Assembly (NCBI GenBank): GCA_902595805.1
Contig: CACJRM010000002.1
Coordinates: 8,759 to 72,758 of the forward strand
Origin: an uncultured Alphaproteobacteria bacterium
GTDB lineage: Bacteria; Pseudomonadota; Alphaproteobacteria; HIMB59; GCA-002718135
DNA: 64,000 bases
Reading direction: 5' to 3'
Shown here: in pieces, positions 39,093-47,288 of the stretch
Numbering within the stretch: the stretch's first letter is position 1
Layout: each line of letters starts with the position of its first letter
Program-made: the position numbers and the translations under genes
The notes under the pieces: model-generated
Database searches by the model: none
What the model was told of the DNA's origin: nothing
What the model saw: the letters and a program-made list of their open reading frames with translations, nothing else

Positions 39093-41103
39093 GGAAGAAA
39101 TTAAAAATTTTTCATATAAAATTCATAATAGTGCAATAGAACTAGATCCATTTAAAGAAAATGGTTTTGTAATTGCCAGCTGTCAAATAATGCATGATGC
39201 CGGCATAATCGAGGATTATGAAGTTATGCATTTTGAAAAAAAAGTTCAACACACAACATATAAAATTAATGCTTCAAATAGCTATAACAATAAAGAGGCT
39301 CTAGATCTTTTTGTATGTAATTTTTCCGATTTTGTTGAGCCAAAAAAAATTGATTCAAAGATGTTGAAATCTGAAGCTAAAAAATTACATTCCTTTTTTA
39401 AAGACTCTCTTGCTTCACTATCAGGATTATTGCCAAAAAATACAGATGTTTATTCAATAGCCAGATCAATAAAAGATAATGCCAAAAAATTAAAAAAGGT
39501 AAATATGTATGTTCTGACTGATTGTATCTGTCCAATTGAAACAAAAGTGACTGATAAGATTAAGGGAATAGATGTCGTAATTGAATTTATTGATTTAGGT
39601 AAATTATATCAATATTCAGTAATTGGAAAAATATCAGATCAAATAAATGTAGAATTCGATCTTTCAAAAGATAAAATTGAGTGTGTGAAGTCTGGAACTA
39701 ATCCAAGAAAAGTTGAGAGTTACCTAGCAATCATTCCAGGGGAAACACTTTATAGACTATACGAATATTGGGGATCACAATTAATGGAACTAAATGTTCG
39801 TTCTTTTCTTCAAGTCTCAGGTAAAGTTAATAAGGGTATTAGAACAACTCTTATCGAAGAACCTAATATGTTTTTTGCATATAATAATGGTATTGCTGCA
39901 ACAGCAGAAAAAATTAAATTTGTTGTTGAGGATGGAGTCAAATACATAAAAGAAATAGTAGGTTTTCAAATTGTTAATGGCGGTCAAACTACTGCAAGCA
40001 TACACCGTGCCAAAAAAAATGATGATATAGATTTGGATGAAATATCTATTCCTGCAAAAATATCAGTTATTCAAAAAGAAGATATTAAAACTTTTGTTCC
40101 ACTTATTTCAAGATATTCAAATAGTCAAAATGCTGTTAAGCAATCTGATTTTCATTCTGATAATATTTATCTAAAAAAAATAGACGAATTAAGCAAAAAA
40201 ATTTTTATTCCAGGAGAAAGTGGTAGATGGTTTTTTGAGAGAAAAACTGGTGAATTTCAAAACGAAAAACACAAACATTCAAATACGCCTGAAACAAAAA
40301 ATAGATTTAACACACTCATCCCACCATCTAGAAAAATAAGTAAGGAAGAAATTGCTAAATATCATAATTGTTGGGAATGCTTACCACACATAGCTTGTAT
40401 GGGAGTACAAAAGAATTTTATATATTTCATGAATGATCATGCAGTTGTTGCAGTTAAGGAGAAAATTATTGATGAAGATTATTATAAGAGCTTAATAGCA
40501 AAGGCAATTTTATATCGTGGTATAGAAAAAATTATTAAAAAATCGGAACTTAAGGCATATAAAACACAAATATGTAATTACACTATTTCTTTACTATCAT
40601 TCCTATCTAAACAAAAATTTAATTTTTCTGCTATCTGGCAAGATCAACAAATTTCGAATGAACTATCTGATATAATTTTTAATATGATCGAAAAGATTAA
40701 TACTTGTCTTCGTAAAAGTGCAGGCGATCTCAATCCTGGAGAATGGCTTAAAAAAGCTGATTGTTGGAAAGAATTAAAAAAAGAAAATTTTTTACTTCCT
40801 AAGAACAATATTCCAATTGAACTTGTTGTTTCAGTAAAAAAATCAAAATCAAGAGCAGTATCTTTTGATGAAGAATATTACGAGCATCTAGATTTATGCA
40901 AACAAGTAACTGAAAAAAGCTGGTATAAAATTGCTAAATTTATCCAAGAGAACCCTGAATTAGAAAGTGAATTTCACGGAATGTGTCTAACTCTTGCAAA
41001 GATGGCGGCAGATGAATGGTATAATGATCCAACACCAAAAATGGCAGAAGATGCATACGCTATTATAGATCTTGCATTAGAAAACGAAGTAATAAAAATA
41101 TAA
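39076..41103 (+). CDS. AIPR (abortive infection phage resistance) family protein
   Basis: LNVRSFLQVSGKVNKGIRTTLIEEPNMFFAYNNGIAATAE...FQIVNGGQTTASI is the AIPR core. Confidence 0.7.
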   Translation: MIMSYKEEIKNFSYKIHNSAIELDPFKENGFVIASCQIMHDAGIIEDYEVMHFEKKVQHTTYKINASNSYNNKEALDLFVCNFSDFVEPKKIDSKMLKSEAKKLHSFFKDSLASLSGLLPKNTDVYSIARSIKDNAKKLKKVNMYVLTDCICPIETKVTDKIKGIDVVIEFIDLGKLYQYSVIGKISDQINVEFDLSKDKIECVKSGTNPRKVESYLAIIPGETLYRLYEYWGSQLMELNVRSFLQVSGKVNKGIRTTLIEEPNMFFAYNNGIAATAEKIKFVVEDGVKYIKEIVGFQIVNGGQTTASIHRAKKNDDIDLDEISIPAKISVIQKEDIKTFVPLISRYSNSQNAVKQSDFHSDNIYLKKIDELSKKIFIPGESGRWFFERKTGEFQNEKHKHSNTPETKNRFNTLIPPSRKISKEEIAKYHNCWECLPHIACMGVQKNFIYFMNDHAVVAVKEKIIDEDYYKSLIAKAILYRGIEKIIKKSELKAYKTQICNYTISLLSFLSKQKFNFSAIWQDQQISNELSDIIFNMIEKINTCLRKSAGDLNPGEWLKKADCWKELKKENFLLPKNNIPIELVVSVKKSKSRAVSFDEEYYEHLDLCKQVTEKSWYKIAKFIQENPELESEFHGMCLTLAKMAADEWYNDPTPKMAEDAYAIIDLALENEVIKI

Positions 41104-41107
41104 TTTT

Positions 41108-41548
41108 ATGAATGATATAGTTTCTAAATCTCAACGCTCATTAATTATGAGCAAAATAAGATCTAAAAATACAAAACCTGAAATAATAATTAGAAGTTTT
41201 CTTCATAACTGTGGATTTAGATTTCGTTTACACCAGAAACATTTACCTGGTAAACCAGATATTGTAATGCCAAAATATAATAGCGCACTTCAAATTAGAG
41301 GGTGTTTTTGGCACCCACATGTAAACTGTAAGTTATCAAACCTTCCAAAAACCAATACAAATTTTTGGAAAAATAAGCTCTCAGGCAATGTAATCAGGGA
41401 TAAAAAAAATGATAGACTTCTTAAGCAACTGGGATGGAAATTGATAGTGATTAGAGAATGTCAGATTAGAAATAAAAATAAAATTGAAAAAACATTTGGC
41501 ATATTAAAAAAGAAAATTCTCAAAAACTACAATGAAAGAGTTGTATGA
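41108..41548 (+). CDS. vsr: very short patch repair endonuclease
   Basis: SQRSLIMSKIRSKNTKPEIIIRSFLHNCGFRFRLH..LPGKPDIVMPKYNSALQIRGCFWHPH is the canonical Vsr sequence. Confidence 0.9.
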   Translation: MNDIVSKSQRSLIMSKIRSKNTKPEIIIRSFLHNCGFRFRLHQKHLPGKPDIVMPKYNSALQIRGCFWHPHVNCKLSNLPKTNTNFWKNKLSGNVIRDKKNDRLLKQLGWKLIVIRECQIRNKNKIEKTFGILKKKILKNYNERVV

Positions 41549-42321
41549 TGGAAGTGTGGAAAAACCAAATCAAGGAAAGAAGAAAGGAATATATCAAGAC
41601 GGTAAAATATTATTTTAAGGAAACAATGACTAAAATTTCCAATGAAGTAATTTTTAATAAAAAAGATGATATTTCAAAATATTTTAGACAAGTTTATAAA
41701 AAATCATACGAGTTAATGATGCATGATCAGGAAAAATTTAGAAAATCAGTATTAAGAGATCTAATGATTACCAATAATATCGATGAAAAGGATGGATTTG
41801 AGCAAAATGTTTTGGATAACTACAACGAACTTTATGAACTTACAAAAAGCGACTCACAGTCAAATAAATCTAGGTCTGGAATAATACTGGAGCTACTGGT
41901 GATAGACCTTTTGGAAACATTTGAATATCCCCATGATAATCAGAAAAAAATTGGCAAAAAGAAATTTGCCAAGGATTTGGGGAAACAAATCGACACCATA
42001 GTTCCAGGAATAGATGAGTTTAAAAGAAATCCATCTAACTGTCTTTTACTTTCGCAAAAAACAACGGTCAGGGAAAGATGGCAGGAGGTAGGAGAGGAAG
42101 TTTCAAGAACAGGAGCCAATGAAGCTTATCTTATTACATTTGGAGAAGATTTAACTGACAATATTATTGAAACGGCTAAAGAACAGAGAATTCACTTTGT
42201 TGTACCCAAAAATATAAAGGAAAGTAAATTTAATAATAAAAATACAGTGTACTCATTTGAAAATTTTTTTAAAAGAAGAATTAAAAGAACCTTGCAACTG
42301 TTAGATAATGAAAACAATTAA
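41545..42321 (+). CDS. type II restriction endonuclease candidate, EcoRII-C-terminal-domain-like (PD-(D/E)XK)
   Basis: NKSRSGIILELLV ... QIDTIVPG ... LLLSQKTTVRERWQEVGEEVSR ... AYLITFGEDLT ... IHFVVPKN parallels the EcoRII catalytic domain pattern (KSRAG..LE / PDFxFP / KTTxKDRWRQ / LVVP). Flanked by vsr and dcm. Confidence 0.6.
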   Translation: MMEVWKNQIKERRKEYIKTVKYYFKETMTKISNEVIFNKKDDISKYFRQVYKKSYELMMHDQEKFRKSVLRDLMITNNIDEKDGFEQNVLDNYNELYELTKSDSQSNKSRSGIILELLVIDLLETFEYPHDNQKKIGKKKFAKDLGKQIDTIVPGIDEFKRNPSNCLLLSQKTTVRERWQEVGEEVSRTGANEAYLITFGEDLTDNIIETAKEQRIHFVVPKNIKESKFNNKNTVYSFENFFKRRIKRTLQLLDNENN

Positions 42322-43309
42322 AACAATAGATCTGTTTGCTGGAATAGGTGGAATGAGAATTGGAGTTGAATTAGCAGCCAGATCATTAAAATTAAAACAT
42401 AAAAATGTATTTTCTTCAGAAATCGATAAATATTGCTGTCAGTTATATGAATTAAATTTTGGAGAAAAACCTTTTGGAGATATTACAAAGCCAAAGAATA
42501 GTGAAATAGATAAAATCATACCCAATCATGATTTATTACTTGCTGGTTTTCCCTGCCAGCCTTTTTCTCAAGCTGGATTGAAAAAGGGTTTTGAAGATAC
42601 AAGGGGTACATTATTTTATGATATTTTGAGAATATTAAAAAAGAAAAAGCCAAAGGCTTTTCTGCTTGAGAATGTATCCAACCTTAAAGGACACGATAAT
42701 GGTAGAACTCTCAAAATTATTCTCGAAAATTTAAATAAAATTGGATACTCTGTTCCATATCCAGAAATATTAAGTTCAAAGGATTTTGGATTGCCTCAAA
42801 ATAGAAGAAGAATTTTTATAGTTGGCTTTCTAAAAAAACTTAAATGTGAATTTGAATGGCCAAGCACAATTAACAAAAAAACAAAGGTAGGGGATATTCT
42901 TGAACCTAAATCAAAAGTTCCAAAGAAATATTTTATTTCTAATAAACTTTGGGCTGGCCATAAAAGAAGAAAGAAGCAAAATAAATTAGATGGAAAGGGA
43001 TTTGGATTTGGACTGGTCAATAGTAAATCTCAATATACAAATACAATTTCTGCAAGATATTATAAGGATGGAAGCGAAATATTAATACAGCAGGGGAGTG
43101 GAAATCCTAGAAAGTTAATGCCTGTGGAAGCAAAAAGATTACAGGGTTTTCCAAAGACATTTAAGATTTCTTCTATTTCCGACGCACAATTATATAAACA
43201 ATTTGGAAATAGTGTGAGCGTTAATGTTATTAGAGAAATTTCCAAGAATATAATAAAATCACTCCAGGGTAAAAAAATTAAAAATTACCAATTTGACTTA
43301 GGATTTTAA
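42308..43309 (+). CDS. dcm: DNA (cytosine-5)-methyltransferase
   Basis: Motif I DLFAGIGGMRIG, motif IV GFPCQPFSQAG, motif VI ENV, motif VIII QNRRRIFIVG, motif X FGNSVSV. Confidence 0.93.
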   Translation: MKTIKTIDLFAGIGGMRIGVELAARSLKLKHKNVFSSEIDKYCCQLYELNFGEKPFGDITKPKNSEIDKIIPNHDLLLAGFPCQPFSQAGLKKGFEDTRGTLFYDILRILKKKKPKAFLLENVSNLKGHDNGRTLKIILENLNKIGYSVPYPEILSSKDFGLPQNRRRIFIVGFLKKLKCEFEWPSTINKKTKVGDILEPKSKVPKKYFISNKLWAGHKRRKKQNKLDGKGFGFGLVNSKSQYTNTISARYYKDGSEILIQQGSGNPRKLMPVEAKRLQGFPKTFKISSISDAQLYKQFGNSVSVNVIREISKNIIKSLQGKKIKNYQFDLGF

Positions 43310-43338
43310 ATTAATTTGTTAAAAAAATTTAAATTAAT

Positions 43339-43776
43339 ATGAATGAAAATAAAAAAATTAAAATGATTTCAAAAATGATAATTGATGCCAATCTGGAAAA
43401 TTTCGAAATTGATGATATAATTTCCATATTCAAAACATCTGGTTATGAATTCAATAATAAAGAAATTGAGATAGCAAAAAATATCGTAGGAATTGAAAGA
43501 GAGGGCCAAACAAATAATTTAGATGATAATATAGAAGAAGAAAAACAATGGATCAGTGAACCGCCTGATAATTGTGATATTTGTGGAAAAAAAATCAAAC
43601 AATACTTTGTAGATGGAAGAACAAATTTAGATCTACATGCTCCGTGGGGTTTTATGTGTATTTTGTGCCATGAAGAATCAATGGTAGGTTTAGGTACTGG
43701 TAAAGGTCAGTTATATTATAAAAAAGAAATAAATGGTAAATTTAAATGGATAGGCCTTTATGGTTTTAATTATTAA
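43339..43776 (+). CDS. hypothetical protein with C-terminal CxxC...CxxC zinc-binding module
   Basis: CDICGKKIKQYFVDGRTNLDLHAPWGFMCILCH...GLGTGKGQLY resembles a small Zn module common in phage and plasmid ORFs. Confidence 0.5.
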   Translation: MNENKKIKMISKMIIDANLENFEIDDIISIFKTSGYEFNNKEIEIAKNIVGIEREGQTNNLDDNIEEEKQWISEPPDNCDICGKKIKQYFVDGRTNLDLHAPWGFMCILCHEESMVGLGTGKGQLYYKKEINGKFKWIGLYGFNY

Positions 43777-44228
43777 TGAAAAAAAATTATATTAGAAATG
43801 CTGAAGGCAATAATCAATGGAAATTGAGATCCAATCACGAAATTCAAAAAATAATAAATAAATATCCAGATCACTGGACTAAAAAAGATTTTAGAGGAGA
43901 GGGGAAAAATAATTCTAAGAAAATACTAACGAAAAGTGAGACTGAAAGAGAGGGTCTGGTATTTAAATATTCTGGAAAAGCAAAACAGCCTTTAAAAGAG
44001 GTATACAAACACTCAACACAAGAAAGCATTCAAGAATTTGAACAAAAGCTAATTTCTGAAGAAATTTTTAGAGATAGAGCTAGGGTAAAAAAACAAAGAG
44101 ATTTAATGCCAATAGAGGAAAAAAAAATTAACAATAGAGAGAGATATCGTAATTTTACAAAAAAGCAGAAAGAAGCAAAAAGAATTAGTAACGAGAACTA
44201 TCGTAAAAAGAAGTTAGATAGAAAATAA
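43776..44228 (+). CDS. hypothetical basic protein
   Basis: ATG overlaps the upstream stop (TAATG). K/R-rich C-terminus RERYRNFTKKQKEAKRISNENYRKKK. Confidence 0.5.
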   Translation: MKKNYIRNAEGNNQWKLRSNHEIQKIINKYPDHWTKKDFRGEGKNNSKKILTKSETEREGLVFKYSGKAKQPLKEVYKHSTQESIQEFEQKLISEEIFRDRARVKKQRDLMPIEEKKINNRERYRNFTKKQKEAKRISNENYRKKKLDRK

Positions 44229-44300
44229 AATTCTTTTTATAATTCATTGAATTTAAATTTTTTTTTATTAATAAAGAAAATGAATCAAATAAATTTATAG

Positions 44301-44597
44301 ATGAAAAAAAATATTAAGTCTGAATTACTAAAACAAGGACAAAAGCATGTCAAAGAACATTATGACTATTACTCAGGTGTAAACTGTCCAGAATGTCAAT
44401 CTCACTACCTTAGAAATCCTGATGAGCAAGAATTTCGAAGACTGGTTAACTTAAAGAAAGTAAATAAAAATGATTACAATTATACGTATGTATGTTGTGA
44501 GTGTGATAATCTTTTTGTTGAGAGATTTGAGAATAAGGATCCAGAGTTTGAAGTAAACTCTGAATTATACTATGCGAAAAATGATGTATATGAATAA
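44301..44597 (+). CDS. hypothetical zinc-ribbon protein
   Basis: CPECQS ... CCECDN pair. Confidence 0.45.
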   Translation: MKKNIKSELLKQGQKHVKEHYDYYSGVNCPECQSHYLRNPDEQEFRRLVNLKKVNKNDYNYTYVCCECDNLFVERFENKDPEFEVNSELYYAKNDVYE

Positions 44598-44598
44598 A

Positions 44599-44805
44599 AT
44601 GAATATAAACTGCTCTCATTGTAATTCACCATATGTTCACAAAGCTGGTAAACAAGAATTAAAAAAAATTGGTGTATCTAAAAAATATTCACAATACATT
44701 TTCACATGTTTAAGTTGTCAAAAAAATTTTAGTACAAAAAATACAAAATATCTTTCAAATGGAGAATTTGACGAAGATTACTCAAAATCAGAAGTTTATA
44801 ATTAA
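44599..44805 (+). CDS. hypothetical zinc-ribbon protein (paralogue-like of the preceding gene)
   Basis: CSHCNS ... CLSCQK pair. I chose the in-frame ATG at 44599, just after the upstream stop; the track start is 44572. Confidence 0.4.
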   Translation: MNINCSHCNSPYVHKAGKQELKKIGVSKKYSQYIFTCLSCQKNFSTKNTKYLSNGEFDEDYSKSEVYN

Positions 44806-44830
44806 TTTTTTTAAAAAAAATAAATAAGAA

Positions 44831-45553
44831 TTATTTATCTAAAAGCAAATTTTTGAACTCAACTACTGACACTGTAGCGGGTTTTCCATACAACCCATAA
44901 TCAAACAAATCACTACTTACTGTTCTTTCAAGGTTTATTTCTACTGTAGGCTTATTCATTTGCTTAAATATTTCTACAATTGTATTTGCAGGTGCTACAA
45001 GAGAGCTGGTGCCACAGCTAACAAACATATCTGAAGTTTTAATTAATTCATCTATTTTGTCCATGTGTAATACTTGCTCTGAAAACCATACGACGTTTAC
45101 TCTTAGCAATCCTCCACACTTAGGACAAAAATCGTTAGTAGAAAGATTTTTTTTCCATTCAAAAATATGTTCTCTATTATTTTCACAGAAAACTGAAAGC
45201 AGATTTCCATGCATTTGTATTACAGTTTTTGATCCTGCTCTTTTATGAAGATCAGAAATGTTTTGTGTCACAATATTAAATTCAAAATATTTATCCAATT
45301 CAGCTAATGCGTAATGGGCTTTATTAGGTTTTACAGATGGCGAGAGGAGGTGACTTCTCCTTTCATTATAAAAGGAGTTAACTAGGTCTTTATCCCTTTT
45401 CCAACCATCAGGATGAGCCACATTATAAATATCGTGACCTTCCCAGGTACCATCGCTGCCTCTAAAAGTTTTGATATTGCTTTCGGCGTCAACACCTGCA
45501 CCAGTCAAGCAAAGAATACTTTTAATATTTTTATTAAAAATGTTATTTTTCAA
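44831..45553 (-). CDS. cobB: Sir2-family NAD-dependent protein deacylase (CobB-like)
   Basis: LTGAGVDAESNIKTFRG, QNISDLHKRAG, catalytic HGN, Zn site CPKCGG, VVWFSE, and VSCGTSSLVAPA. Confidence 0.8.
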   Translation of the reverse strand: MKNNIFNKNIKSILCLTGAGVDAESNIKTFRGSDGTWEGHDIYNVAHPDGWKRDKDLVNSFYNERRSHLLSPSVKPNKAHYALAELDKYFEFNIVTQNISDLHKRAGSKTVIQMHGNLLSVFCENNREHIFEWKKNLSTNDFCPKCGGLLRVNVVWFSEQVLHMDKIDELIKTSDMFVSCGTSSLVAPANTIVEIFKQMNKPTVEINLERTVSSDLFDYGLYGKPATVSVVEFKNLLLDK

Positions 45554-45827
45554 TATTTTAAATTATAAATCTTAAGTAAAATGCTACATATTTGCAACAT
45601 TTAAGTTTGTCTGAAATTATAAATTTTAAAGTATTATCATAATCTTTGTTTTTCAATAAAAAATGAAAATTGTCTTAATTAATAGGAATATTAAGAGTTT
45701 TCATTATATTTAGAATATTTTCATGAAATAGGGTGTTTATTTTTTAAATATCCTATTTTTGAAGCAGATAACATTAATAATATTTATCTATAAAATTTGA
45801 TGATTAATTTCATCTTTATTATCCTAG

Positions 45828-45891
45828 GGATATAAAAATAAGGATTAAAAAGTAATTAATATCGATTCCATTTTATATCCTTGTTTTTTTT
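45828..45891. repeat. 10-bp perfect inverted repeat followed by a T-run in the long non-coding gap
   Basis: GGATATAAAA (45828-45837) and TTTTATATCC (45871-45880), then TTGTTTTTTTT. Function unknown; it could be a terminator-like element or a recombinase site. Confidence 0.5.
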
Positions 45892-46026
45892 CTACATACC
45901 ACTGTATATTGTGTTTTTTTAATTATAAATATTTACCAGAAATCTGGGATTATTTATTTTTCATGTGAAAATACCTGCGTTTTTTTATATACTAATACTT
46001 GATTTAAATATTACGTTCGGTAAAGA

Positions 46027-47226
46027 GTGTTATCGCACCTAACATTAAAAAAGGCAGTTAAATTGGAGAAAAATAAAGAAATAATTATAAATCTAGATGA
46101 TGATGTTAATGTTAATAAACTAAAACAATCAGCGAAAAGTAGATCAACTAGAACGAAATATCTAGGAGATTGGAAAAAGTTTGTTGCATACACAGAACAA
46201 TATTTAAATTTTAATCCTGAATCTAAGGAAATAAGGCTCTCTAAAGAAAATGCAGAAAAATCTCTAGTGAAGTATGTTTCATGGTTAAAGGAGGACTCTA
46301 AGGCAAAAGATTTAAAAGGTAAGAGTGAAATTACAAACAGAAAACATATGAAGATAGATCAAGATAACTCCCCTCCTATTAATTATAAAATCTCAACTTT
46401 AACTCGTAAAATAGCATCAATTAAATATTACTTCAAAATACATAGAGGAATTACAATTAATACAAAAAATCAAAATTTAGTTGAGGTATTGGACGGTATT
46501 AAACAAGAATATAAAGATAAAGATGAAACTAAAACTAAAAAAGCATATGAAATAATCAAAAAAGATCTAAAACGATTAATAGATTCTATTCCTGAAGATG
46601 AAAATCTTACCAATATTAGAGATAAAGCACTGATACTACTTGGATGGTATTCAGATTGTAGAAGATCAGAAATACTTAATCTTGAATTTGAAGATTTAAC
46701 ATTTGAAGATGATTATTTTGTAATTAAAATTCGTTATTCTAAAACTGATCAAGGAGGTGAAGGTGATGAAAAACCCCTGCCAAGACATGGCGGGAAATAT
46801 TGTCCCTACGATGCATTAAAAAAATGGTTAGAGATATCTCATATCTATAGTGGTCCACTATTTTATAAAATAAGAAAACAAACAATTGAAGAAAAGGAAA
46901 AATACGAAAAAGAAAAAATTGATTCAATAGCAAGAATTCAAAAACAGGCTGGAAAAAATGGTATTAAAAAAAGTCTCTCTGATGCAAGATTTGTCTGGAT
47001 ATTAAAAAATAGAGCTAAAGAAGCTGGTTTTGAGGAATGGAAAGTTGAAAATATTAGTGGTCATAGTCTAAGAAGAGGTTTTATTACTCAAGCAACAATA
47101 GAAAATTTTAGTAAAGATGAAATTAAACTAGCATCAGGGCATACAGATATAAGAACTGTTGAGACATACACTAACATCAGAGACAAGAAAAATAAAAGTC
47201 CTGCGATGTTTATAAAAATAGAATAA
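46027..47226 (+). CDS. tyrosine recombinase / phage-type integrase (1 of 2)
   Basis: Catalytic residues in RRSEILNLEFEDL (Arg), GHSLRRGFIT (His-x-x-Arg) and HTDIRTVETYT (His...Tyr). The start is uncertain (GTG at 46027). Confidence 0.85.
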   Translation: MLSHLTLKKAVKLEKNKEIIINLDDDVNVNKLKQSAKSRSTRTKYLGDWKKFVAYTEQYLNFNPESKEIRLSKENAEKSLVKYVSWLKEDSKAKDLKGKSEITNRKHMKIDQDNSPPINYKISTLTRKIASIKYYFKIHRGITINTKNQNLVEVLDGIKQEYKDKDETKTKKAYEIIKKDLKRLIDSIPEDENLTNIRDKALILLGWYSDCRRSEILNLEFEDLTFEDDYFVIKIRYSKTDQGGEGDEKPLPRHGGKYCPYDALKKWLEISHIYSGPLFYKIRKQTIEEKEKYEKEKIDSIARIQKQAGKNGIKKSLSDARFVWILKNRAKEAGFEEWKVENISGHSLRRGFITQATIENFSKDEIKLASGHTDIRTVETYTNIRDKKNKSPAMFIKIE

Positions 47227-47288
47227 ATTCCTAATAATCCATTTTTTATAAGAAATTCGGAATAATTACGTTAACTGTAATTATCGTA

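Noticed and set aside
44831-45553. The Sir2 gene as an NADase defence effector (Thoeris, DSR or SIR2-HerA type).
   Set aside because: It is a 240-aa stand-alone protein with the full sirtuin deacylase motif set, including the zinc site. It has no fused sensor domain (SLOG, TIR, Ago, HerA partner) and is on the opposite strand to its neighbours. An ordinary CobB-type deacylase is the simpler reading, although the island location leaves some doubt.
45788-45810. Possible third, collapsed copy of the 23179/23545 direct repeat (CTATAAAATTTGATGATTAATTT) next to the integrases, which would have suggested att sites.
   Set aside because: Only about 12 contiguous nt match, all but one of them A/T. By my rough estimate a chance match of this kind is plausible in 64 kb of AT-rich DNA. 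It needs a computed alignment or significance test.
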